Shown: positions 1-8,834, counted from the stretch's first letter. The stretch: 20,000 nt of DNA from an uncultured virus (IMG/VR IMGVR_UViG_3300027541_000721) (IMGVR_UViG_3300027541_000721:53706-73705), one strand, 5' to 3'. Notes: generated from the sequence alone by a model not told the origin. Numbers and translations are program-made.

Positions 1-87
1 TTCCACCTCAGTCAAAGAGTATTTATGATACTGCATGAGTGCAAAATTAATTCGATAATAACTCTCCAACTCCATATACGACATCAT
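1..87 (-). CDS. gp51: Baseplate hub assembly catalyst gp51, 5' part (runs off the window edge)
   Basis: Hand translation from ATG at 87: MMSYMELESYYRINFALMQYHKYSLTEVE, matching the cyanophage gp51 N-terminus (NFALMQxHKYSLTE). The start overlaps the gp26 stop (TGATG). Confidence 0.85.
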   Translation of the reverse strand, partial: MMSYMELESYYRINFALMQYHKYSLTEVE

Positions 88-815
88 CAACCGAAAAAAC
101 TTGTCAATCCCTCCAACTTAACAGTATTTTCAACTTTAGTTTTTGGATTAATGACTGTTATAGTATGAGATAAAACAGGCATAGTTTCAAAGAATTTTTC
201 AATTTCTTTGAATTGTTGAGTATTCATACTATCAATAAATTCAAAAAGTTCTTTTTTAGTGCAGTCTGATGCACTCCAAGAATCTTCTGAATTGAAAATA
301 ATATCAATACATGAAGCAATAATATCAAATGATTTTTCAATGTTTGAAGAACTTTGCTCTGAAGTAAAATCGAAATTGTTTTTAATGAATTGCTCTAAAG
401 ATGGATACTTCATTCTAAGAACTAGGTTATCATCTAGTTTAATATCTTTAGAATGTTCTGGAGATTTCTCCACCTTTATTTCATCAATGTATATTGTTAC
501 TGGAACTTGAGTTTCTCCATCATCACTACAAGTTATTATTAGATCTAAAGATTCACCTACAGATTTTCCTCTAACATTTAAGAAAATATATTCAATGTCA
601 AAGGTAGGAAGTTCTTCTACTTTAATACCTTTAGTAATAATACATTCTTTTAAAATTTGTTTTATAGCATTAGTAATTTGTTTATTATCTCTACTTTCTA
701 ATGCAAGAAGTAATATTTTTTCTTCTTTAACTAAAAATGGTCTATATTTAATTGTTTTTTCAGTTGATGGCAAAATCAACTCAAATATTGGAGTACTAAT
801 CTTAGGTAATGGCAT
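87..815 (-). CDS. gp26: Baseplate hub subunit gp26
   Basis: MPLPKI..P.FELILPS...IKYRPFLVKEEKILL, FDIEYIFLNVRGKSVGE and C-terminal LEGLTSFFG are T4-like gp26 motifs; adjacent to gp51. Confidence 0.92.
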   Translation of the reverse strand: MPLPKISTPIFELILPSTEKTIKYRPFLVKEEKILLLALESRDNKQITNAIKQILKECIITKGIKVEELPTFDIEYIFLNVRGKSVGESLDLIITCSDDGETQVPVTIYIDEIKVEKSPEHSKDIKLDDNLVLRMKYPSLEQFIKNNFDFTSEQSSSNIEKSFDIIASCIDIIFNSEDSWSASDCTKKELFEFIDSMNTQQFKEIEKFFETMPVLSHTITVINPKTKVENTVKLEGLTSFFG

Positions 816-837
816 ACTTTACAATAATAAGTAATGA

Positions 838-845
838 TATTTATT
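838..845 (-). promoter_or_regulatory. T4-type late promoter (AATAAATA) for gp26/gp51
   Basis: NATAAATA box 22 nt upstream of the gp26 ATG. Confidence 0.65.
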
Positions 846-853
846 TCTTTTAT

Positions 854-1624
854 TCAAAGTAAATCGTCAGTTCCTTTATTGTATTCGATAACATATCTAT
901 TGTAATCGAAAGTAACTGTTGTTTTTGTGATTGTACTTCCTTCATATGTAACTGGAATAGCAGTAATATTTGTAGGGAAAGCTTCAATCATTCTATAAGT
1001 TAATGATGGAACATTGCCAAGTTGATTAGAAACATTAGTAAGATTTCCTGGATTTTTTAAAAAGTTTCTTTCAAATTTTACTATAGATATAGTTCTTTTA
1101 TATGTGTTTGGATATCTAAATCTGAAAAAATCTGTTCTATCTTTTGCATCACCTTGACCACTTCGAGTTCCAGGATAAACACCATTTTTACCATAAATTG
1201 GATTGATATAATTCATCCATTCTTCAAATAATCTCAACATTCTATAGTCTTTATCAACATAAAAAGTCATGGTAAATGGAGCATAAACTCTTCTATTTGG
1301 AAACCTTTCCAAAACTCCCTGACGACTTCCTATTTCTTCAATGGTATCAAAAGTTGCACCAGGTAATGCAGCATCAGAACAATAAAAATTATAGTACTCA
1401 TTTATTTCTGCATTATCAGTCAATCCAACTTGATTTAAATATTGACTTAAAAAGTCTCCAGCATTTGTCAAGTGTAAAGCAACTTTAAATTGACTTGTTA
1501 CCGATAATGCACCAAAAATTTCTAATGCACCTGGAAGATTAACACTACCATCAGTTCTTCCAGTAGTTTGCTTTATGTATAATGGTCCTATATCTGGTTT
1601 ACCTTTGCCTTGCTCCTGAGCCAT
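854..1624 (-). CDS. Tail tube-like baseplate protein (gp54-type tail tube initiator)
   Basis: YCSDAALPG, FTMTFYVD..Y....LFEEWMNYI, YRMIEAFP..I and TVTFDY motifs of the gp19/gp54 tail-tube fold; sits between gp26 and gp4 as in cyanomyoviruses. Confidence 0.7.
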   Translation of the reverse strand: MAQEQGKGKPDIGPLYIKQTTGRTDGSVNLPGALEIFGALSVTSQFKVALHLTNAGDFLSQYLNQVGLTDNAEINEYYNFYCSDAALPGATFDTIEEIGSRQGVLERFPNRRVYAPFTMTFYVDKDYRMLRLFEEWMNYINPIYGKNGVYPGTRSGQGDAKDRTDFFRFRYPNTYKRTISIVKFERNFLKNPGNLTNVSNQLGNVPSLTYRMIEAFPTNITAIPVTYEGSTITKTTVTFDYNRYVIEYNKGTDDLL

Positions 1625-1625
1625 C

Positions 1626-1657
1626 TATAAATACAATAAACCTTTTTAGTATTTATG
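1626..1657. promoter_or_regulatory. Pair of opposing late promoters: TATAAATA (+, 1626-1633) and CATAAATA (-, 1650-1657)
   Basis: T4 gp55-type late boxes between the divergent structural operons. Confidence 0.7.
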
Positions 1658-1687
1658 GTGCATAAGGAAGATCGGTCATATTTTTAA
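1655..1687 (+). pseudogene. Mini-ORF MVHKEDRSYF*, probable orphaned original N-terminus of gp4
   Basis: ATG lies 21 nt after the late box. Its Tyr codon (1679-1681) is in the same frame as gp4 Tyr4 (2393-2395); joining them gives MVHKEDRSY-IQGRYSPK. Confidence 0.45.
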
Positions 1688-1696
1688 AAAGTTAGA

Positions 1697-1704
1697 TATA
1701 AATA
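1697..1704 (+). promoter_or_regulatory. Late promoter TATAAATA of the GIY-YIG endonuclease
   Basis: Perfect consensus 23 nt upstream of the ATG at 1728, followed by an AAGGGAG Shine-Dalgarno-like sequence. Confidence 0.75.
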
Positions 1705-1727
1705 TAAGGGAGATCCTACACAACAAT

Positions 1728-2387
1728 ATGTTTGTTTATCAAATAGTCAATAAAATCAATAATAAAAAATATATTGGCATAACATCTAGATCATTGAATA
1801 AAAGATTTAATGAACATAAAAAACAATTAAATTGTGGGATAGCATCAGCACTGGTAAAATACGGAGAAGAAAATTTTTATATAGAAAAACTAGAAGAATG
1901 TAAAAATTGGGAAGACTTGTTGGAAAAAGAAAAATTATGGATTAATAAAATAAATCCAGAATATAATAAAACTTTAGGTGGAGAAGGATTATTAGGATTT
2001 AAACATTCAAAAGAAACTAAAGAAAAAATAAGTTTAAAAAATAAAGGAAAACCTACTCCAGATCCAAATGGTGAAAGATTAAAAGAATATAGAGAATTAC
2101 ATGGAAATTTTTGGGTTGGAAAAAAACATACGGAAGAATATAAAAAATTAAAATCTATAGATAGATTAAATTACTATAAAACAGAAAAAGGAATAAAACA
2201 AAAAGAACAAATATCAAAAACTTTAAAAGAAAAAGGAATAAAACCTCCCAATAATACTTTAGGAATAACAAAAGGGACATCCTGGTGGAATAATGGAAAA
2301 ATTAATAAAAGATCAGTCGAAAGTCCAGGAGATGATTTTATGCCAGGAAGAATAAAAGGTAAATGGAAATGGAATAAAAAGAAATGA
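1728..2387 (+). CDS. Free-standing GIY-YIG homing endonuclease (Seg-like) with NUMOD3-type repeats
   Basis: N-terminal FVYQIVN...KKYIGIT...RFNEH, E..WI, YN...GGEG; NUMOD3-like KHSKETKEKIS and GKKHTEEYK; C-terminal WWNNGK...PGR motif. Confidence 0.9.
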   Translation: MFVYQIVNKINNKKYIGITSRSLNKRFNEHKKQLNCGIASALVKYGEENFYIEKLEECKNWEDLLEKEKLWINKINPEYNKTLGGEGLLGFKHSKETKEKISLKNKGKPTPDPNGERLKEYRELHGNFWVGKKHTEEYKKLKSIDRLNYYKTEKGIKQKEQISKTLKEKGIKPPNNTLGITKGTSWWNNGKINKRSVESPGDDFMPGRIKGKWKWNKKK

Positions 2388-2830
2388 AAAATTATATTCA
2401 AGGAAGATATTCACCAAAACTACCAGAAAAATATAATGGAAATCCATGTGAAATATATTATAGAAGTTCATATGAACTCAAAATGTTTCAATATTGTGAT
2501 TTAAATGAAAATATAATTTATTGGGAAAGTGAAGAAAAAATCATTCATTATCTTGATCCAATTACTGGAAAATATAAAAGATACTTTCCAGATATATTCA
2601 TCAAATATAAAGATAAAACTGGAAATATAAGAAAAGCACTTATTGAAATAAAACCAGCTAAAGATTTAATAGAACCTGAAAAAAATCCAAAAAGAAAAAC
2701 CAAATCATGGGTATATAAAGTTCAAACGTGGGTGAGGAACAATGCAAAATGGGAAGCAGCTAAAAAAACATGTGAGCAAAATGGTTGGGAATTTCGTGTA
2801 TTTACTGAAAAAGAATTAGGAATAAAATAA
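2384..2830 (+). CDS. gp4: Head completion nuclease gp4
   Basis: KY.GNP..IYYRSSYELKM..YCD, WESEE, RYFPDI, IEIKP, N.AKWEAAK and FRVFTEKELG are gp4 (TnsA-like) motifs. Confidence 0.92.
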   Translation: MKNYIQGRYSPKLPEKYNGNPCEIYYRSSYELKMFQYCDLNENIIYWESEEKIIHYLDPITGKYKRYFPDIFIKYKDKTGNIRKALIEIKPAKDLIEPEKNPKRKTKSWVYKVQTWVRNNAKWEAAKKTCEQNGWEFRVFTEKELGIK

Positions 2831-3345
2831 TGATCTCAGAAGATATAACAAAAAGAACTGGTGGAAAATATCAAAGTGGAAATTGGTGGACCAATGCACT
2901 TATGAATGAATTGAGTTCATATCAAAAAAAGAATATAAATGAGTTAGATACCTATTTTATATCACCGGGAGATCTAGTATTCTTCTTATATTCTGCACAA
3001 TATCCACAAAAATATCAATTCTGGGATCAACATCCATTAGTCTATGTGATTGAAGTAAATCCAAGAAAAGGTTTATTTTTAGGATCAAATGTTCACTACT
3101 TAAGTCCAGCATACAGAGGTGCTGTCACTAAATCTTATCTAAATAAAAAAGGAACTGTAAATGCACCCAGAAAAACATTAAAGAATTACCTTTTTGGTAA
3201 TGTAGTTACTGATTTCTATAAAGTTCCCGAAGAAGATTGGGAGGGTGTTTCATTATTACCAACTGAAAGTTTTGTTGATAAAAAAGGACAAAAAGTTCCC
3301 AAATATAAAGTTTGGGATTATCCAGATTCACTTTCTTCCCCATAA
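2830..3345 (+). CDS. gp2-like DNA end protector protein
   Basis: PGDLVFFLYSA, FWDQHPLV, G.NVHYL...YR and W..VSLLPTESF resemble T4 gp2 family motifs; lies between gp4 and gp48. Confidence 0.65.
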   Translation: MISEDITKRTGGKYQSGNWWTNALMNELSSYQKKNINELDTYFISPGDLVFFLYSAQYPQKYQFWDQHPLVYVIEVNPRKGLFLGSNVHYLSPAYRGAVTKSYLNKKGTVNAPRKTLKNYLFGNVVTDFYKVPEEDWEGVSLLPTESFVDKKGQKVPKYKVWDYPDSLSSP

Positions 3346-4817
3346 TGGCATATCAATATCTAAATGACAATCGATATAGATGTGAAACATGTGGTCCACT
3401 TGGACTTCAACTTGCATTGCAATATGACCCCAAAACTGGAGACTATAGGTTAGTAGAAAAAAATCTATTGGGAACTGGGTCAGCAGTATTCTATCAGAAT
3501 GGTGTATGGTACTCTGATGCAATAAGAGATCCAAAATTATTTGAGGATGGGGATCCAAATAAACCAACAGCATTATCTAGACAACTAAGTGAAAATCTTA
3601 GAAAAGAAGTGTATTCTGCATATCAAGCTTATGGTGGACAAAATAAAGGAAATAAAGTAAACAACTCTGCATTACCACAAAATCAAAAAGCAGATCCTGG
3701 AGTAACAAATGCATATCCTGGAACTTCACCTACAGTCCCAGGTCCACTTTCTGCTCCACCTGGACAAGGAAATTTATTAGATCCAGGATTGTCTATAGAT
3801 GTTACAGAATATTTTGGTGGTGATAATTTAAAAACTATAGTAAAAGATAAAGCAAATTTATTATATCCATTAGATATTTTAAAGACACAACAAGATACAC
3901 TTCAAATCACACAATTTACATATAAAGCACCAAGGGGTGAAACATTTTTAACTAATAAACCAATAGATACTTTAACTCAAGGAGTTCAAAGGAATTCTGC
4001 GTTAAGAGATCTAATTGGTACTGTAGTATTACCAATACCAAATAATGCTATGGATAGTAATAACGTGAGTTGGGGTTCTGATCATATGAACAATCTTACT
4101 GCTGCAGTTACTGCTTCATATATTCAAAATCCAGGTGCAGCTTTAACTGGAACAATGGCAGCACAAATTCCACAACTTGCCGGATTACCAATTCCACCTG
4201 CAGCACTAGCACAAATAGGTGCCATTATGGGTGCAGGTGGACTTCAAGCATTAAATAATCCTCAAGCAAAAACTGCATTATTATCATTATTATTAAACCA
4301 AGCAAACTTCCAAGTTTCTCCAGAGAGTATTCTTGCAAGAGGATTTGGTGTTATTCCAAACTCAAATCTTGAATTATTATTCAATAGTCCAACTATAAGA
4401 CAATTTTCGTTTGCTTATAGATTAAGTCCAAGAAGTGAAGAGGAATCTAGGAATGTTAGAAAAATTATTAGATTTTTCAAGCAAGGAATGGCACCTAGAA
4501 AAATAACATCTCAAGCAGGAGGAAACTCCCTTTTACTAGGAACTCCAAATGTATTTAAATTACAATATAAAACTGTTGGAGATCAAGAAATTGAAGGTAT
4601 GAATAAATTTAAAATATGTGCTTTAGTAGGATACTCAGTAAATTATAGTCCAGATGGACAATGGGCAGCATATGATAAAGGACAACCAGTGTCTGTAACT
4701 ATGAACATGCAGTTTGAAGAGTTGGAACCAATTTACAATACCGATTATCAAGAAAGTGGACCACTGATCACCAGTGGAGATCAATCAAAAGTAGGTCCAA
4801 ACGACGTAGGATACTGA
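3345..4817 (+). CDS. gp48: Baseplate tail tube cap gp48
   Basis: LLYPLD, GTVVLPIP...DSNNVSWG, NSNLELLFNSPTIRQFSF, IIRFFKQGM, KFKICAL and F.ELEPIY..DY. Probable start is ATG 3345 (TAATG overlap), not TTG 3312. Confidence 0.9.
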   Translation: MAYQYLNDNRYRCETCGPLGLQLALQYDPKTGDYRLVEKNLLGTGSAVFYQNGVWYSDAIRDPKLFEDGDPNKPTALSRQLSENLRKEVYSAYQAYGGQNKGNKVNNSALPQNQKADPGVTNAYPGTSPTVPGPLSAPPGQGNLLDPGLSIDVTEYFGGDNLKTIVKDKANLLYPLDILKTQQDTLQITQFTYKAPRGETFLTNKPIDTLTQGVQRNSALRDLIGTVVLPIPNNAMDSNNVSWGSDHMNNLTAAVTASYIQNPGAALTGTMAAQIPQLAGLPIPPAALAQIGAIMGAGGLQALNNPQAKTALLSLLLNQANFQVSPESILARGFGVIPNSNLELLFNSPTIRQFSFAYRLSPRSEEESRNVRKIIRFFKQGMAPRKITSQAGGNSLLLGTPNVFKLQYKTVGDQEIEGMNKFKICALVGYSVNYSPDGQWAAYDKGQPVSVTMNMQFEELEPIYNTDYQESGPLITSGDQSKVGPNDVGY

Positions 4818-4818
4818 T

Positions 4819-5655
4819 ATGGCATACTTTAACGAACTACCAAATTTACAATACGTTTCAAGATTTCCAAATCAATCTTCAAACGAAGATGTTACTCTGA
4901 CAAAAAATCTTTTTAAAAGAGCAAAACTTCGTGAAGATATTGCCAATGTAGCAACTGCTTTCGATTATTATCAAATAAAAGGAAATGAAAGAGCAGATCA
5001 AATAGCAGAAAGAGTTTATGGTGATTCCGAATTAGATTGGGTAATATTAATTACAAACAATATCACAAATGTTCAAGATCAATGGCCTTTAGATGATGTA
5101 AGTTTCAGGAAACATCTTTTAGAAAAATATGGTTCTGAAGACAATTTATATAAAAGAAAGCATTATGAAACTATTGAAAGTCGTGATGAATATAATCGTG
5201 TAGTAGTTCCTGGAGGACTAGTCGTAGATGATGATATTAGTCAAGAATTTAAAACTACGGAAGAAAAGACTACATATAATCTTACATCATTCCCAAACAC
5301 TACTCAACCATTAACTGTAAGTATAAATTTAAATCAAAAGATAAAAGTTACAAGTAGAGGAAATAAAACTAGTGATGTAATTATTGATGATATTAACATC
5401 ACAACTTCAGTAATTTATGTAAGAGGTAAAGATAGAATTAGTAAAAGATCTGTAGTATTCCCAAATACTTTAAATGAATGGCCTAGAAGTTGGGGTGGTT
5501 CATTATCAATTAAACAAAGAAATGGAAATCAAATAAAAATTGATGTAGATGATATGATTGGAACTAAGGACATAAATATAGATACTCGATTATATGAAAT
5601 TGTAGGAGAAGAATCTCCTACAGGTGGCATCACACCAGCATTCAGATTTAAATAA
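4819..5655 (+). CDS. gp53: Baseplate wedge subunit gp53, N-terminal part with an extra C-terminal segment
   Basis: MAYFNELPNLQY, KNLFKRAKLREDI, ERADQIAERVYGDSELDWVILITNNI...QWP and KHYET are gp53 motifs. Confidence 0.88.
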   Translation: MAYFNELPNLQYVSRFPNQSSNEDVTLTKNLFKRAKLREDIANVATAFDYYQIKGNERADQIAERVYGDSELDWVILITNNITNVQDQWPLDDVSFRKHLLEKYGSEDNLYKRKHYETIESRDEYNRVVVPGGLVVDDDISQEFKTTEEKTTYNLTSFPNTTQPLTVSINLNQKIKVTSRGNKTSDVIIDDINITTSVIYVRGKDRISKRSVVFPNTLNEWPRSWGGSLSIKQRNGNQIKIDVDDMIGTKDINIDTRLYEIVGEESPTGGITPAFRFK

Positions 5656-5657
5656 AA

Positions 5658-5945
5658 ATGTCAACTCCATTACCAGGACTAACGATTAAAATTACATCTG
5701 AAACAGAATTAGAATATTTGAATACACAATATCAAATTATTCAAATTAGAAATCAAATTAAAGAAGTTACTAATTATGAATATGAATTAAGAGAAAGAGA
5801 AAATAAAAGACAAATTTTAATTTTAAAACCTGAATATCTATCAGTAATGCTAAGTGATATGAGAAACATTATGAAGTATGGTCCATCATCTCAATACATA
5901 GATGATAAAACTAAAAAAGTATATAATCCTAAATTAAAAAGTTAA
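5658..5945 (+). CDS. gp53 C-terminal domain encoded as a separate ORF
   Basis: VTNYEYE...ENKRQILILKPEYL....DMRNIMKY..SSQYID is the typical C-terminus of cyanophage gp53. Confidence 0.75.
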   Translation: MSTPLPGLTIKITSETELEYLNTQYQIIQIRNQIKEVTNYEYELRERENKRQILILKPEYLSVMLSDMRNIMKYGPSSQYIDDKTKKVYNPKLKS

Positions 5946-5972
5946 AAAAAGACCCCCAACTGGGGGTCTTTT
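5944..5972. terminator. Bidirectional rho-independent terminator
   Basis: AAAAGACCCCC-AACT-GGGGGTCTTTT perfect stem with A/T tracts on both sides, between convergent genes. Confidence 0.9.
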
Positions 5973-5979
5973 AATTTAA

Positions 5980-6909
5980 TCACATCTCAGCAAGTTTCGA
6001 GAAATAATCTAGTGCATTATCTTCATCCTCATCTTCATCATCTTCAATGACAGTTGGTTTAGAAGATTTTGTTGGTGAAGATTTTTTCTCCATGAGTTTT
6101 TCATACTCATCTTCAACTTCATCTTCAACCTCAGGATCAATTTGCTTACGATTATTAGAACTCTTAAGTCCAAGAACCAGGTCTAGACGATTCTTCAAGT
6201 CATCATAAGATTTAAATTTCTCGGGATCAACAAAATCATTCAAGTTGTAGAGTGTATCATAAACTTTCTTAAGTTCATCATCATCTCCATCAAGAAACTC
6301 CGAGGGTGTAGAAAATTCAGATTTATCATAGTTCCAATAACCATCAACCTTACAGATCTTCAGTTTAAAATCTGCACCTGACCAGAAATCAAATGGGTTG
6401 ATTGCTTCTTCATCTTGAAACTTAGGACGAAGTGCGGCATCAATCTTTTCAAAGATTTTTTTACCGTACTTAAAGATTTTAACCTTACCTTCATTTTCAG
6501 GATTAGCAGGATCTTTAATGATATAAACGTTAGAGTAATAAGAAAGTTTCCTCTTACGATCCCTTACAATGTTCTGTTTTTCTTTGCTACCAGTATTCCA
6601 GTCTTCCCTATTATGATCACAGACTGGACATTTACGACTAAGTGTAGTTGGACAATTATCAATTAACCATTGTCCACTAGGACCCTGGAAAGCATGATTG
6701 AATACTTGCACATACTCATCATCCCAATCACCCCCAGCAGGCATAAAACGAATTACTGCATACCCTGTGCCACTCTTATCCATGGAAGGTTTCCAAAACC
6801 TTTCATCATCAGATCCCCCACCACCATCATTAAGCTTTTCAACTTGTTTAATGAGTTTCTCAGTAAGAGAACCCATTTTAGATTGCTTTTTAAGATTAGC
6901 AAAGCTCAT
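5980..6909 (-). CDS. gp32: Single-stranded DNA-binding protein gp32
   Basis: MSFANLKKQS, DERFWKP.MDKSGTGYAVIRF, NCPTTL...CPVC, RKRKLSYYSN, FKYGKKIF, NPFDFW.GA.FKLKI and an acidic tail. Start at ATG 6909 with a GAGGT SD. Confidence 0.96.
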   Translation of the reverse strand: MSFANLKKQSKMGSLTEKLIKQVEKLNDGGGGSDDERFWKPSMDKSGTGYAVIRFMPAGGDWDDEYVQVFNHAFQGPSGQWLIDNCPTTLSRKCPVCDHNREDWNTGSKEKQNIVRDRKRKLSYYSNVYIIKDPANPENEGKVKIFKYGKKIFEKIDAALRPKFQDEEAINPFDFWSGADFKLKICKVDGYWNYDKSEFSTPSEFLDGDDDELKKVYDTLYNLNDFVDPEKFKSYDDLKNRLDLVLGLKSSNNRKQIDPEVEDEVEDEYEKLMEKKSSPTKSSKPTVIEDDEDEDEDNALDYFSKLAEM

Positions 6910-6979
6910 TGTTTTACCTCGTATTAAGTGTATTTGGCCTTTTTGACTTAGCTTGGATGCGGATTGTCTAGCCGCAATC

Positions 6980-7008
6980 ATCATATCACAGTTCCAATCC
7001 TTCTTCAA
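6980..7008 (-). promoter_or_regulatory. Sigma70-type promoter upstream of gp32
   Basis: TTGAAG-17 nt-TATGAT with an extended -10 (TGn). Confidence 0.6.
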
Positions 7009-7318
7009 GTTTATTGATGGTCCCCTGAAGAAGCTCGAAAAATTCGTCCATCCCCTGTCCCTCTAGTAAACCAAACATTCGTGCAGATTGCAAGATTTTA
7101 TCTCGGGTCTCTTTAGCCTCGGGATCATCAGAAAGAGACATTCTAAAGAAAAGCAATTTTTGCTTCTCAAGAAAATCTTTCATCAATTGAAGATGTCCTC
7201 TCTTCTGTTCCTTTGCCATATAAGGAAGATATAAAACTTGCCGAACCAATTCCTTTTGCATTTCAGCAAGTTCATTAAGTGTTTCTCTCACTATTTCTGA
7301 ACTAAAAAAATCACTCAC
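6986..7318 (-). CDS. Conserved cyanophage protein (DUF1825-like)
   Basis: MSDFFSSEIVR...LEKQKLLFFRMSLSDDPEA; conserved position between gp59 and gp32. Confidence 0.75.
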   Translation of the reverse strand: MSDFFSSEIVRETLNELAEMQKELVRQVLYLPYMAKEQKRGHLQLMKDFLEKQKLLFFRMSLSDDPEAKETRDKILQSARMFGLLEGQGMDEFFELLQGTINKLEEGLEL

Positions 7319-7904
7319 AAATGGTCTCCTTCAAAATCTTTGAATACTTCTTAATATCTATATTTAGAAATGGTTTATACTTTTTAATTTTCATTCCCAA
7401 AACATCCCAAACTGGATCGTCTAAAATCTTATCGTAGTTATCTACGTAATTTAAAATATAATCAAGTATTACTAAAGTTTCAATAGATAATGCACCTTGC
7501 AAGTGTTTTTTAATTAAATCTGAATGGACTCCATTTTTACAAAGAAAAAATTCATTAAAATTTTCTTTGTGAATAAAAACTGAAGATTCAGTTTGAAATG
7601 CGTAAGACATACTTTGCATTCTTTTTTTCCATTGCAAATATACTTCTTCTCCGTTTCTTATTATTTCAGAAATGTATACTTGCTGCGGATTGTCACAATT
7701 AACAAAATTGGATACAAAAAAATCTCTTATGTCTTGTTCTGATTTTTTTCTAGATAACCTTTCAAAAAAATACTTGTCTGTCCTTTTATTGAAAGATTCT
7801 ACAGAAGCTCTAGACTTACCACAATACTTAAAGTAATCATATGTATCTTTAGTAAAATGATTTTTTAATGCTAAAAATAATTTATAAACTTCAAAAGGTG
7901 TCAC
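7311..7904 (-). CDS. gp59: Helicase loader gp59
   Basis: FEVYKLFLALKNHFT...YDYFKY.GK, F.KR.DKYFFE.LS and ETLVILD motifs; GTG start. Confidence 0.9.
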   Translation of the reverse strand: MTPFEVYKLFLALKNHFTKDTYDYFKYCGKSRASVESFNKRTDKYFFERLSRKKSEQDIRDFFVSNFVNCDNPQQVYISEIIRNGEEVYLQWKKRMQSMSYAFQTESSVFIHKENFNEFFLCKNGVHSDLIKKHLQGALSIETLVILDYILNYVDNYDKILDDPVWDVLGMKIKKYKPFLNIDIKKYSKILKETICE

Positions 7905-7905
7905 A

Positions 7906-8166
7906 TCAAATTACCATTTTAGTTTTTGTAGTTTTTTTCAAGAAATTTAATTGAGTTGCATTGTGTCTAAGTTTTTCTTTTAATGGTTTAGAAATTAATT
8001 TAGGAATTGTTTCTATCTCAATATTGTTTTGCTCGCAATAATTTATAATTCCTTCAATGTAATCGCAATTATTTTCATGGACATATTTTTCAATGTCCAG
8101 TGCAAACTTTTCAGGAGATAAAAATTTTGTTTTTATAATTTCATCTACAGTAGTTGTATTGATCAT
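7906..8166 (-). CDS. gp33: Late transcription co-activator gp33
   Basis: F..DIE, YIE.II.YCE.N.IE.E...KLISKPLKEKL...A..LNFLK. Confidence 0.9.
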   Translation of the reverse strand: MINTTTVDEIIKTKFLSPEKFALDIEKYVHENNCDYIEGIINYCEQNNIEIETIPKLISKPLKEKLRHNATQLNFLKKTTKTKMVI

Positions 8167-8834
8167 TTTGTATTTTCTTTTACGAAATGTTTGATGTATC
8201 TTACCAGAAGTTTGATGTATTTTGCAAGGTCTCTCTCCTCATAAACTACAAGTTCTCCATTTTCACAAGCCATAATTATAACTAATTTTTTTGCTTGAAT
8301 GCCTGTGAGTTCATAAAGCATACATGCATATGCAGTTGCTTGTACAAAATAGTTTTCAATCCACTCACGAGGTTTTGGTTTTTTAGAAGACTTGTAATCT
8401 ATAATAGAAATTTCACCGTCGAATTCTGCTATTGTATCAGCAGTTCCTGCAATACCAAGATATTTACTATAAAGACCTATTTCAATTCCATAGATCTTTC
8501 CAATTCTATCCAGAGCAGGTTTTATGATATTGAACAAATTAGTTGCAATTTCTGTGGTGTCTTTAGGCAAATCCTCATTTGAAATATAATGTTCAACTAA
8601 GGTGTGCATATCAGTTCCACGAGTAGTTGCTGCTTTTGTAATGCGATCAGCTTCAGCATTTCCTACTCGTCTTCTCCAATTTTCAAAAATCAAACGATTA
8701 TAGAAACTAGTAACAGATGTAATAGAAACTAAACGAAGAAGATCATCTTCGTCTGGAACTTTATAATATCTAACTCCATCAATCATCTCCCTCTCTAATG
8801 GAAGGAGATCTAATTTAACATGTTCAAATTTCAC
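8163..8834 (-). CDS. PD-(D/E)XK (RecB/Cas4-like) exonuclease
   Basis: SITSVT, WR.RVG..EA, RGT.MH, AGTAD.IAEFDG..SIIDYKSS and YFVQ..AYA; usual neighbour of phoH in cyanophages. Confidence 0.88.
   Translation of the reverse strand: MKFEHVKLDLLPLEREMIDGVRYYKVPDEDDLLRLVSITSVTSFYNRLIFENWRRRVGNAEADRITKAATTRGTDMHTLVEHYISNEDLPKDTTEIATNLFNIIKPALDRIGKIYGIEIGLYSKYLGIAGTADTIAEFDGEISIIDYKSSKKPKPREWIENYFVQATAYACMLYELTGIQAKKLVIIMACENGELVVYEERDLAKYIKLLVRYIKHFVKENTK

Noticed and set aside
1682..2395. Group I intron in gp4 carrying the GIY-YIG ORF
   Set aside because: No space or recognisable P7/catalytic core, and the endonuclease stop overlaps a usable gp4 ATG.
5641..5660. Programmed -1 frameshift joining the gp53 halves
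   Set aside because: The -1 frame has TAA at 5649-5651 within the putative slippery site, and no stimulatory structure is visible.
6910..7008. N-terminal extensions given by the ORF track for gp32 (also psbD 18838-18894 and gp48 3312-3344)
   Set aside because: These are upstream TTG starts lying within promoters or neighbouring genes; better ATG starts with an SD or stop-start coupling exist downstream.
8163..8834. Cas4/CRISPR system
   Set aside because: This is the standard phoH-linked phage exonuclease; no repeat-spacer array or other cas genes were seen.
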